Of a stretch of DNA of 20,000 bases, positions 1 through 10,495 are shown in pieces. The stretch covers positions 553,132-573,131 of the forward strand of contig NW_019029004.1 in NCBI RefSeq assembly GCF_002105155.1, written 5' to 3'. Positions within the stretch are counted from its first letter, which is position 1, and each line of letters opens with the position of its first letter. A program made the translations under genes and the position numbers. The DNA is from Lobosporangium transversale (Eukaryota). The notes below the pieces were generated by a model that did no database searches, was not told where the DNA came from, and saw only the letters and a list, made by a program, of their open reading frames with translations.

Positions 1-118
1 CTGGAGCGAGCATGTTATCTCGAGGATCAAACAGGGTTGGCAAAGAGGCCTCGTTAAGACTGGCAGCTGTTTTTGCCATGACAAGAAAAGGCAATGCCAA
101 GAGCCAAGACTGCCTCAT
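1..118 (-). CDS. 5' end of a probable secreted/vacuolar protein with N-terminal signal peptide (runs off the left edge)
   Basis: ATG at 118 in AAAATG context, open to base 1: MRQSWLLALPFLVMAKTAASLNEASLPTLFDPRDNMLAP. It has a basic n-region, a hydrophobic h-region and small residues at a likely cleavage site. Not in the ORF track. Confidence 0.65.
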   Translation of the reverse strand, partial: MRQSWLLALPFLVMAKTAASLNEASLPTLFDPRDNMLAP

Positions 119-361
119 TTTCTTTTTCCTTTTTCCTTTCTATCCTTCTCTAGTGCTTTGTTGTATTTCTGACTATTGGCTTGGTTCTAAAAAAGAAAAA
201 GAAAAGAAAAGGGGAGGTGGAATGAAAGGGAAAAGGAAAGGAAAGGAAAGGAAAAGGGAAGGAATGGATGAATGTGGGTGAGTAAGTGAATGAATGAAGG
301 ATGAACGAATGAAAGAAAGAAAAGAAAAGAAAAGAGTAAAAAAAAGAGAAAAGAAGGTGAT

Positions 362-363
362 AA

Positions 364-415
<52 letters not shown>

Positions 416-417
416 AG
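362..417. repeat. (GAAA)n microsatellite within a purine-rich tract
   Basis: About 13 perfect AAAG units, inside GA-rich low-complexity sequence ~190-425. Confidence 0.95.
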
Positions 418-1111
418 TGAGAAAGGGCTAATGTAGTCAGCGTAGGGTTTTGTATGCATGTCCAAGTACACATGTGGGGTAAAGGCATTAAGTCAGTTTG
501 GTGGGAATGAGGGTCTCTTTCAATTACAGAAGAGACGTTAATTGCACGTCTTGCACAACATCCATTTGTCGTCACATCAACTTTTTACTTCATTCATTTA
601 TTATTCTCTTTCGGCGCTTTGTTTTCAATTATTATTTCTTTCCATCAAACTTCTTTTCAATTACTTTTTTTTTTTTTTTTTTTTTTGTAATCTGATGCAT
701 CGCAGCCTTGTCTGCGTCATCACTATCTTTTTTTTTTTTTTTTTTTTTTATTAATTTTTTTTTTATTAATTTTTTTTTTGTGTTTAATAGAAGCATTACA
801 ATAACTTCTCGTTCCTCTTCATTTTCTTTTTTGGCTCTCTTTTCTTTTTCCTTTATTTCTTTGTCAGACTGTGTTACATTCATCATAATAAGATCCACAA
901 CAACAACCGCATCCACCACTGTTTCTTCTTCTCTTCTTTAAAAGCCCTGCCATCTCTTCTAGGAACGAACCATATAAAAAAAACACGCGATCTAGCCTGT
1001 AATAGAAACAACGCTTCAGGAACCACCCGTTTTTTCTCTTTCTTTCTTTTTTTTACCTTTTTTCTTTTTTTTTTATCCAAAAAGGATCTGCATCATTACA
1101 ACTGCACAATC

Positions 1112-2920
1112 ATGTCTTCGTCCGTAGGCTCTGGATCAACTACAGGCATGCTAAAAAAAAAATAATAAATCAACTTTGACCATGTTTTAGTTTATGTTTC
1201 CCGACTTTTGGTCCATGGTTATGCTTTTTTTCCCCCTTGTCAAATAACCAAGGGTCTAACAGAGATTCTATCATTAAACAAAAAACAAATACCTAAAAAA
1301 AACGTGGTTTATCTCTTATAGACTTTCCTCCTGACCATGAACGGCGAATGCAAGGACCTTCATCAATCAATTCTGGGTCTGGAGTAATACCCACTAACCG
1401 GCCACCCTCAACACAACAGCCTCCACCGCAATCGCAAGCACAATCACAAGCACATTCACAATCACAATTACAATCGCAATCGCTATCACAATCACAATCA
1501 CAATCACAATCACAATCACAATCACAATCGCAGCCTCAACCGCAATCAGGAACTCCAGCCATGCCACCACCTCCTCCACGAACACAGTCTCCCTCGCGAC
1601 ACTCTGAGATGCAAGAGCCATTGGATCCTCTTTCACATCTTTCACACATTTTTGAAAAGATCAGGAAGCAAGTCATTGAATGGGGCGAAGATGCCAACTG
1701 GAAGATCGATGTGTTTTTATTACCCAACGAGGATAATCCCCCAACAACAGGAAATAATGCTCCTCCGCCAACATCAACACCTAACAATGCATCTATGGGA
1801 GCTTCTTCAACTCTTGATACAACCCCAATAGGAGAAGCAGGATCAGCATCACTCGCCCCTGTGCATGCAATGGCACCCATGTCAGGCCTTCCTTCAAGCC
1901 CTTTACGGCAAGGACGATCATCGGATATCCAAAGTTCTGAACTTCGACGTCGTCGCGGTAAAAAAAAAAAAAAAAAAAAAAAAAGACATTTGAAATCATT
2001 TCATTTTATTTTTTTCTTTCTTTACAACTTATCATCGTATCTTGGATTCATGGATCTTCTTTCATGTAGGAACTAGTCCGCCTGGTTTCACTCTTCAACC
2101 GCCACCAAGTGATTTGCCCTTGATTAAAAGCGAAGGCGTTCCAACAACACTAAAGGAGCAAGATGTCGCAGCTATGAGTGAATCAGAAGCGAAACAAATG
2201 GTAAAAAAAAAGGCTACTTTTGATTTGATTCTTTTACACGATACATAACGGGCAGCCGGGGATTATTTTATTAAACAATGTCCACATGTATGAAACTTTG
2301 GACATAATAGCTATCTATCGCCATTCGGCAATTGCGGGAACAGCAAGATTTATTATCTCAGGCAATGCAGGATTTAGATACCATGCAGCGCATTAGCGCA
2401 AAGAAGGTGCGACTCTTTTTTTTTTTTAATTCATTTATTTTTTATTTTCAAATTGATTAATGACTATTGTTCAAATGATACAATACAATTTTTTATTTAT
2501 TTATTAATTTCTCAGGAGAGGGATGCAGAAGCAAGACTTGATGTTGAGAGACGTATTCTGGAACAAGATGCCTTGGTTCTCTCCAAGAAATGGAAGGATG
2601 CAACTTATAGTTTGATGGAAAAGGATCGTGAAGTAAGCACCCTCTCCCCATTTTTCTTTCTTTCTCTCTCTCTTTCTTTCTTTTTCAGCATTATCGTATT
2701 TTGCGATTTAACATGTCATATAATAACAACTCATCAACATTAGATACGAGATGTACACTCGCAGTTGGAGGCAGGGACGCGGTTAATCAGGGATCGTTAT
2801 CAAGAACGACGAAAGGTAACTATTTTTTTTTCTTTCAATGCGGAGCAATATGATTCAATACTTCTTTCTAAATTGTATACCGGGATTGATGTGTTTTTTT
2901 ATTTTCATTATTATTATTAA

Positions 2921-2953
<33 letters not shown>

Positions 2954-3794
2954 GCAATGTATATAGCGTCTCGATGAACATGGAGCTTTTCTCACACGTG
3001 GGATGCCAGGAAAGGATAGATCGGAACAGAATCAACAACAATCATCAACGCCATCATCATCACAACCATTACCATCATCGTCACCACTATCACCGTTGGC
3101 TCATCGACATCGTCATCGCCATGTCCATTATCATCGTCATCATCATCGACACTTGACAAAACGACGTGATATGGGAACAGATTCACTCGAAAACCTTGCC
3201 ATATTAGCTACACAAGTGCTATCAAGAGAACCTTTGATCATTTCAAAGAAAGCACTCAATAACTCCAACGCCAACACCAACACCAACACTAATGCCAGCA
3301 TCAATAATAGAAATCATAGCTCATCCTTCGATCCTGCGGCTGTCTACACAGGCGGATACCTACGTGAAAAGAAGCGAACAACGACGGAAGAACGGGATCA
3401 AGGTTTACAATTACGACCCGTCAAAAGAGTAGATTTGAGTGGGCTCATGGAAAGCACAGAAAAACCTGTCACAGGCACAGGTACAAGCACAGCCACTAGC
3501 ATTAGCATAGTTGCGGATAGTCAAGTGTCACAACAGAGTTCAAAAAAATCAACATCTAATTCAACATCAGCATCAACATCAGCATCAGCACCAGCACCAG
3601 CACCATCTTTATCTTTATCTGGCCCCGCTAACGGAGCTTCATCTCCGTCCTCCTCAAAAACCATATCAAACGGACGAGGAAGTACAGAGTATTTGAGTAG
3701 AAGATCACAGTACCAACGACATCCTCAACAACAGCAACAGCAACAGCAGCAACAACAGCAACAGCAACAGCAACAACAACAACAACAGCAACAA

Positions 3795-3859
<65 letters not shown>

Positions 3860-4007
3860 ACAACAACAACAACAGCAATCGGAATCACATTTACATTCAC
3901 ATTCTTCACGGTCCTCAGCTGGAGCATCACATCATTATCACTCTCAGTCCTCATCACCATCTAAGGATAATAATACAAGTAGATCTTCCAGCAAACAAAG
4001 GCGTTAG
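1112..4007 (+). CDS. Hypothetical 708-aa protein: SQ repeat, central coiled-coil-like segment, His/Arg tract, Ser-rich region, 51-Q polyQ; possible nuclear regulator
   Basis: Exons 1112-1145, 1322-1957, 2070-2200, 2311-2406, 2516-2632, 2744-2815, 2967-4007 total 2127 nt, in frame without stops. Introns 2-6 are GT-AG and intron 1 is GC-AG. Exons 4-6 encode LSIAIRQLREQQDLLSQAMQDLDTMQRISAKKERDAEARLDVERRILEQD. Exon 1 is the least certain. Confidence 0.85.
1441..1530 (+). repeat. Coding hexanucleotide repeat (CAATCA)n encoding (QS)n
   Basis: Run of CAATCA/CAATCG units in exon 2. Confidence 0.9.
3726..3878 (+). repeat. CAA/CAG repeat encoding 51 consecutive glutamines
   Basis: 153 nt of in-frame CAA/CAG codons between CCT (Pro) and TCG (Ser). 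Confidence 0.95.
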
Positions 4008-4226
4008 TTAATGAACAAGGATAATGAAAAGAAGGAAAGAAAAGAAGATAGAAGAAAATCGTGATCATAACGTTGTTCTCTAAAGCTCTTTATAAAAAAG
4101 ATAAATTCTTCAAAGTGTATATTAAATATATTATTTATAATATCAATCGATTATCGATCTACAATGATCTTTGTCTTCATCTTTGAAAGACGAAAAAAAA
4201 AAAAAAAAAAATAGTAGATGGAAGAT

Positions 4227-4257
<31 letters not shown>

Positions 4258-4282
4258 AGTGCATTATATATATCTTTGGACA

Positions 4283-7200
4283 CTATGACAAAATTGGCAA
4301 AAAGTTCCCTACAATTGCTAGAGGGATATCGAAAATATCTCTCTTAATGGTAAAACAGAACGTACAGGGCACTACTCGGTTCGTTGGACTCAAGAGAATA
4401 CATGTCGTCATCACTGTCTGCTCCGTGTTTTCGAACGCGTGTGTCGAGAATTTTTCCCAATACTCTACTGCTGATTGATTATCCATCAGCTCGTAAATGT
4501 ATGTTTTCTTGCCCACAAGCTGATCTCGTCCCCATTGTGTCAATAAAGAAAACTCTTTTCCCACAAGTGCAATCTCTCCTGTACGACGCCATACTACTGT
4601 GGGTGTCCCTGAGAAACTAATTAGCTTTTCAAATTCCTAGATTTAAACAGTGGTATTAAATAGCATTAGTGATAATAGCATAGTCAGAAAGAATTGAACA
4701 TTCATATCGCTTAAGCTTGTGATTTAGTAGCATAAAGTATCAAGATTCCGAATAAATAAATAAAAAAAAAAAAATAAAATAAATAAAATAAAAAAAAAAA
4801 AAAAAAAAAAAAAAAAACTTACAAGGATTGTGCGCTGAAAACATTTTTCCATAAAAATAAGATCTTCTGGCGTCAGGTTCATGATCAATGCGATAAACGA
4901 TGGTCGGAACATGGCCATCGCCCTACAGATACGCATCATCTCTTCCTTATCCATCCTGTGTAGCCGCAGGATTTGCAAGCATAAGCAGAAATGTTTTAAT
5001 CAAGATGTCAACCTCGCTTTCTCAGGACGAGCAAACAAAAGCTTCACACCCTTACCGTTCACGGACGTATCGCAAAAGATAATGGAAGCCGTCGGTATAA
5101 TTAAACGGTTGCTTTGTATTGGCATAGACATTCTCAGGTGTATTGCTTGGAAATTTGCGTTTGCTCACCCTCGTTGTAGTAGTATGTTGAAATGGTGATG
5201 TGGTATTTGTAGGGTTGGCAGTCGATGCGCCAGGTCCCAACAACCCAGCTGCACCATTAGAAGCGACATTATTATTGCTATTATTACCATTGGTGATGCT
5301 ATTATGAGCTGGTGCGCCGCCATTGGACATGGCCCCTGTTATACTAGATCCATCTGTCCCTGTTCCCGACCTAGCGCCCGCTGCCGCTGCCGCTGTCGCC
5401 ATCACCCCTTGAGCGGCTAGGGCTTTTTGAAGCTGGTTATTGTTAGCCAAACTAGCCATGGCATCTAAACCCCCCTGCCGTTGCCAATTCTCCACAATCG
5501 ATAGGTCCGACATTGGATTGAGATCTGCTGTTGGCGAAGAGAGCATTGTCGAGATGATTGAGTACTCCAAATTGACTGCTTCAGATCCAAACCCGTAATC
5601 AGATGTCATTGGAAAGCCAAAGATCGCATTGGCGTCTGTCAACGTGGCTACGGAGAATAAAAACCCCACATGACTCGGGTCAGTAACATGATCACCAGAT
5701 TTCATTTCTCAAGTCGGTATTCTGAGGTGATCATATGCAGATAAGGCGTTTTTCAATACAATTTCTACACTTTTAATACCTTGTCGCTGTTGCTGGTCCT
5801 GATCTGTCATGAGCTGATGATTTATTGTTGAAAGGTCTGTACTAGGTCCACTCTGGGTAGCCTGCGCTGATTGCTCAGCAGCCAGCTGCTGAGCGTCATA
5901 TGCATCCTGAAGATACTTGGCCTTTTTCCTAACACCATCTGCACATGTTGAAGCTAAATCGCGCTTTATGCATCGTTGACAAGGCCGAGCTAATGATAAA
6001 AGGAGCGTTCAAAACAGAATACATGTTGCATGGTTATATTAGCAAACTAAGTATAGTTTTCCTTGACAGAGGCCGAGACGCCCAAGTTTCCCGATCCATT
6101 TGCTTTGCTTTTTTTGACTCATGCCTACAAGAACAGAGCATGACCCACAAGTAAACAAAGAAAATATAAATTTCATAGATGGCTGTTAGACCATCTCCTT
6201 TTGACCTCAAACATGTGTATATCTGACTGTTTGAATCAGAGTAATTTTTCTGAGCAGGAAAAAAAAAAAAAAAAAAAAAAAAAAAAGAATATGAAGAAAA
6301 GAGTGGCAAAAGAGATAAAGGAAATAGAATTTGAAAAATGGCCAATATCACGGTATTGCCTCCTGCAATTGCTCACAAACTCAATACAGCTACAGGACGG
6401 CTTTTCTGCGTCAACCATTGTCCAGCCATTCCGCCCAATGTGCTTTGAAGGATAAAAAGGAAAAGGTACTTTAGGGAGGAGTTCATGAGATTGTTGCTGT
6501 TATTGCTGTTGCTGTTTGTTTTTGTACTGTGGCTAATTGATCCGCTCCTTGGATACATAATCACATACAGATACACAGGGGCACATATCGTCGCACACAC
6601 AGGTGGACGTAAAATACTCCTGCTGTGTCCCTCGCACTGATCCCAGGCGCCATGATGCTATCCATGCTCTTCCATATCAGGGAAAAATAAAAAATAAAAA
6701 TGAAAACATCGAGTTTCAATGAAGGCTACGCCATGTTAAAATAGCCAACGATGTCCTTTGTATGTTGATTGTAATTAAATCTTTTTGCAAATATCTGTTT
6801 GACTGTGGGTTTGCGGAGGAAAAAAGACACTCTCCACTTCTGCGGCTTTGGTTGATAATTGTCACTGAGTCACCCTCAATTCCTCCCTGATCAAACTTAC
6901 AATCATCGCATGTCAAGTGGGCTTTTTGGCAGTGGAAACAACTACAAATGCGTATTGCAAAGATATATCCAAAAGCATTAGCTGAATGAAGAACAATAAT
7001 AAAAAATATAAATATAAAGGGGTAGCAATGGTGCTTCTCTTACGCTCGACTTGCTTTCTTTCGTCGTTGAGGCGTTTGAGTCTGATTGGGATCTGGTGGA
7101 GTTGTTGAGCCTGACTCATTGTTATTGTTATTATTATTTGTAGTTGTAGTGGAAGTGGTAGTGGTAGTGGCAGTATTGGTAGGGCTTGGGTTGTTGCTAC

Positions 7201-7312
7201 TGTCTCCATTGATGACATTATGAGCATTGCTGCCATTCGCCAGATTATGCATTGGTTGCCCTTGTGTTCCACCACTACCGTTTGGCTGTGGCCGTTGTTG
7301 TGAAAAGCTCAT
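4283..7312 (-). CDS. acuK: Zn(II)2Cys6 transcription activator of gluconeogenesis with C-terminal PAS-like domain (AcuK/Ert1 family), 532 aa
   Basis: Exons 7312-7044, 6941-6901, 5989-5780, 5647-5056, 4955-4823, 4636-4283 total 1599 nt, all GT-AG and in frame. Spliced zinc cluster: [49 protein letters not shown]-terminal blocks [31 protein letters not shown] and [19 protein letters not shown] match the AcuK/Ert1 pattern as I know it. Confidence 0.93.
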
Positions 7313-7963
7313 GAGATTAATAGTGTCGATCGTTTTGGGCCTAAGCTGTCTGGCAGCAATCAGAGGTGCTTGTCTGTGAAAATAATGAATGAAAGAAGGG
7401 AAGGCGCGGGCGATGCAAACAAGTAAATAAATAAAAAAGGAGTGATGAGTCGCCTGGTTGTAGGAAAAAAATAAAAACAAGGTAAAGAATATAAAAAAAA
7501 AAAAGCGTTGTGGAGTGACTTTGAAAAAATATGTCAAGGTTGGGTTGTTTGAACATGTAATAGGCTAGACGGAACAAACTTTGAGCCAAATGTCTTCTCT
7601 CTTTTTCTCTATCTTATCCTCTTACACAACGTTAGAATCGCATTATACTACACAGGGGTGATGGAGAAGAATAGGGTCGAACAACTATCTAAAGAGTCGA
7701 ATGTCATTCACTTGCACGTTGATTTCATGTAACAAAATAGAGAACGTGGGGGGAAACAAAGCAAAGAACGCCTAACGGTCAAACTACAAAACTATACAGT
7801 TTAGAATTTGTTCCTGAGTGGTACGGGGTTGACCGGGGCAAACTTGCAAAGAAAACCCATAGGAACGTGACTTCAACGAGAAATGTTCGGAAGCGGGGGA
7901 GTACATGTTTGTGTGACCAACCCTCGTCTGAATCTCATTCAAACATTGGGACACACTCGATCG

Positions 7964-7994
<31 letters not shown>

Positions 7995-8057
7995 GGAGTA
8001 GAATGCAGGTACATGAACATGATACATAACACAAACAGGCGGAATGATTTTATATCC

Positions 8058-8993
8058 TTACATGGTACTTCGGTGACTCTTTGCCGCGATGAAAATAGCT
8101 TGCCGCCGCATCTCTGCGATAGTGTGTGCATGGGTCGCGCGTCCTATATCCATGTCTTCAATATCAGAGTTCATTCCCACCCCCATTCCCATATCTATCT
8201 CCATGTCCCTTCGCGCCTCCAGATCCAAATCCGTGTCCGAGGATGCGTAATCCTCATCTGCATCATTACTATAACGAAGTTCAGGATTATCAAAGAAATC
8301 ATGATACACATCAAGTAGAGTCATCGATGTTGCTGACTTGCTATTTGTATCAAAGAGGTTTCCTTGGCATGAGAGGGATGGAGATTGGGCGCAAATGTTC
8401 TCATTGACTACGTCGTCAAAGTAAGTCATGGTTTCGTCTGCTGCTGCTGTTAGATATGAAGACGAAGGGGAGTTACTGCCCGTAGATGGTATCGACAACA
8501 GTGCATCTGTAAGACTTGAAGAGACGGGCGCTGCTTTTCCAATAATCGACTTTGGTAATAGTGATGGCGTTGTCGATGCCGTGGTAGTAGAGCCTAGAGA
8601 TGAGTCATCTGTTGCCTTGACTGTATTCTGATTTGATGCGTTGGCACCGACGAGTGGCTCAGTAGGCCTATCAATTATTGTAGCAACAGATAATGATGGT
8701 TCCTCTATGCTGCCTGTGGATGATATAGACAGACTAAAGGAAGGTGGAGATGAAGGTGGATGAGGACTGGAAGAGACTGCAAGAGAGGAAGAAAATGTTG
8801 ATACATCGACTATAAGCTTGCTTGGCGGAACAAGAGCTGATGAGGAGAATAATGAAGCGAAGGACCGAGTGAACGAGGCGGAGAGTGGAGAGGTAGCCTC
8901 ATCATCGCTCTTTGAGTCTATAGTCTTTGGACTCCTGGTGTCATGATGGTTCTGTAGTGGCAGTGGTACAGACATTGTCAGTGTAGAAGCCAT
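8058..8993 (-). CDS. Hypothetical 311-aa Ser/Thr/Pro-rich protein with acidic patch and short basic C-terminal helix
   Basis: Uninterrupted 936-nt ATG-to-TAA ORF, more GC-rich than its poly-T/poly-A flanks. No recognisable domain. An upstream exon cannot be excluded. Confidence 0.7.
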   Translation of the reverse strand: MASTLTMSVPLPLQNHHDTRSPKTIDSKSDDEATSPLSASFTRSFASLFSSSALVPPSKLIVDVSTFSSSLAVSSSPHPPSSPPSFSLSISSTGSIEEPSLSVATIIDRPTEPLVGANASNQNTVKATDDSSLGSTTTASTTPSLLPKSIIGKAAPVSSSLTDALLSIPSTGSNSPSSSYLTAAADETMTYFDDVVNENICAQSPSLSCQGNLFDTNSKSATSMTLLDVYHDFFDNPELRYSNDADEDYASSDTDLDLEARRDMEIDMGMGVGMNSDIEDMDIGRATHAHTIAEMRRQAIFIAAKSHRSTM

Positions 8994-10495
8994 TCGTTCA
9001 GTTGCTGTTGATCTAATTTATAGGTTTTGTACTTGCTTAACGTTAATGATGCCAAGTAAGGCTTTTTTTTTTCTTTTTCTTTTTTTTTTTTTTTAGTGGC
9101 GCTGGAAAAGTGCGTATAAAGTAAAAGTGGAATGTTGGCCTTGGTACCGTCAAGTGATCCGTAATAAGGATTGGTTGCGAAACAGCGCGTGATTAATAAC
9201 GCCTTAGCTTGCGATTTGCGTCAATTGTGTCAACTCAACTTGACCCTGTTGAACTGTCAGCTAGTCAACTTTAAAAGAAATTAAAACTAAAAGTAGGAAA
9301 GGGTAACACAGAAAATTATGAAGGAATATTTTTTTAGACACATACAGTTTATGCTCTTGGCACAGCAAGTCGATCTCCTTTCCTTAATTTATAGGATCCA
9401 ATGAAAAGAGAGAGGGATGAAGATAGAGGCAAGCTTTGCAAAATACAAAAAGGGACAGACAACGTCCCTGATTTCAAACCAAGGGAAATGACCTTTGCTG
9501 CTTCAGGTGCTTCAGCAAAAGATGAGGAGAAAGAAAGAGAGGAATAGGAAAAGAAAGAGAAAAAAGAAATTAAGGAAGAAAAGAACTTGAAGAGAAAGAG
9601 AGAAAGAGAGAAAGAGACAAAGAAAAAGAGAAATGTCATTCTCATTACAATTAGGCCTCAACTTCTTTACTCCGCAATCCTTTATTTTCCCTCCCTCAAT
9701 GCATCGCATCGCCCAACGATGCCGTTAACACATCCGTGAGGATGTTACGCCATGTAGTTTAAACTTTTTTTTTTTATCTTCGACTGCGCGCGCTGCAACA
9801 ATGGTGTAACAGACAGATGCATATTTATACAACCAGGCATCTCTTTGTCCGAGCTTTGCTTTGACCATCTCATGAGAAATAAATAAAAACTTTGCGCAGA
9901 CCAAAATCTTTAACCCTAAACCCCACAGAAAAAACCTTTTACTTTGACTCGTAAAGATCACAGGAGGTGGTTTATTGGATGTAACATGTGCAATGAATTA
10001 TGAACGATTGTTGGAAGAGCAAATGATTCGCACGGGTGTTTCCGTCTGTGTCCAAATAGCAGTTGTTCCCAAATTTGGTTTAATTTCCGAACTGCGCGTT
10101 TTTAATTTTCGTAGAAATTAAGCTTACATGCCGACATTGCTATTCAGCTGGCGGCAAATAAAGGAGAAGAAAAAAGGTATCGAGCATAAAAGAGGCAATG
10201 CCGAAGCATTCATCCTTTATTAGAATAGTATAGTCAACAAAGGTAGCTACAAGGCTGATAGATACGCATTGATATTTGTATATATATTTATTAGTTATTA
10301 CTATTATGTAATGCATTGACAAAAGCTATTCCTTTTTTTTTTTTTTTTTTTTTTTTTTGATTCTAACAAAGCCTGAGAAGAGCCTTAGTGTGTGTATGTG
10401 TGTGTAAATGAAAGAGATAGATGAATGTTGTATGTTGTTTTACAATTATTTGAGTATAAGATACAAAGGATGATGGCATCTTGTACTGCCAACAT

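Noticed and set aside
150..1080. Several F/S- or K/E-rich ORFs in the track (also 9349-9709, 13938-14354, 19756-19989)
   Set aside because: They arise from homopolymer and microsatellite sequence that lacks stop codons.
6600..6690. TPP riboswitch in the acuK intron
   Set aside because: The conserved CUGAGA and CUUGAU..GGAUAAU elements are absent, and the gene is unrelated to thiamine.
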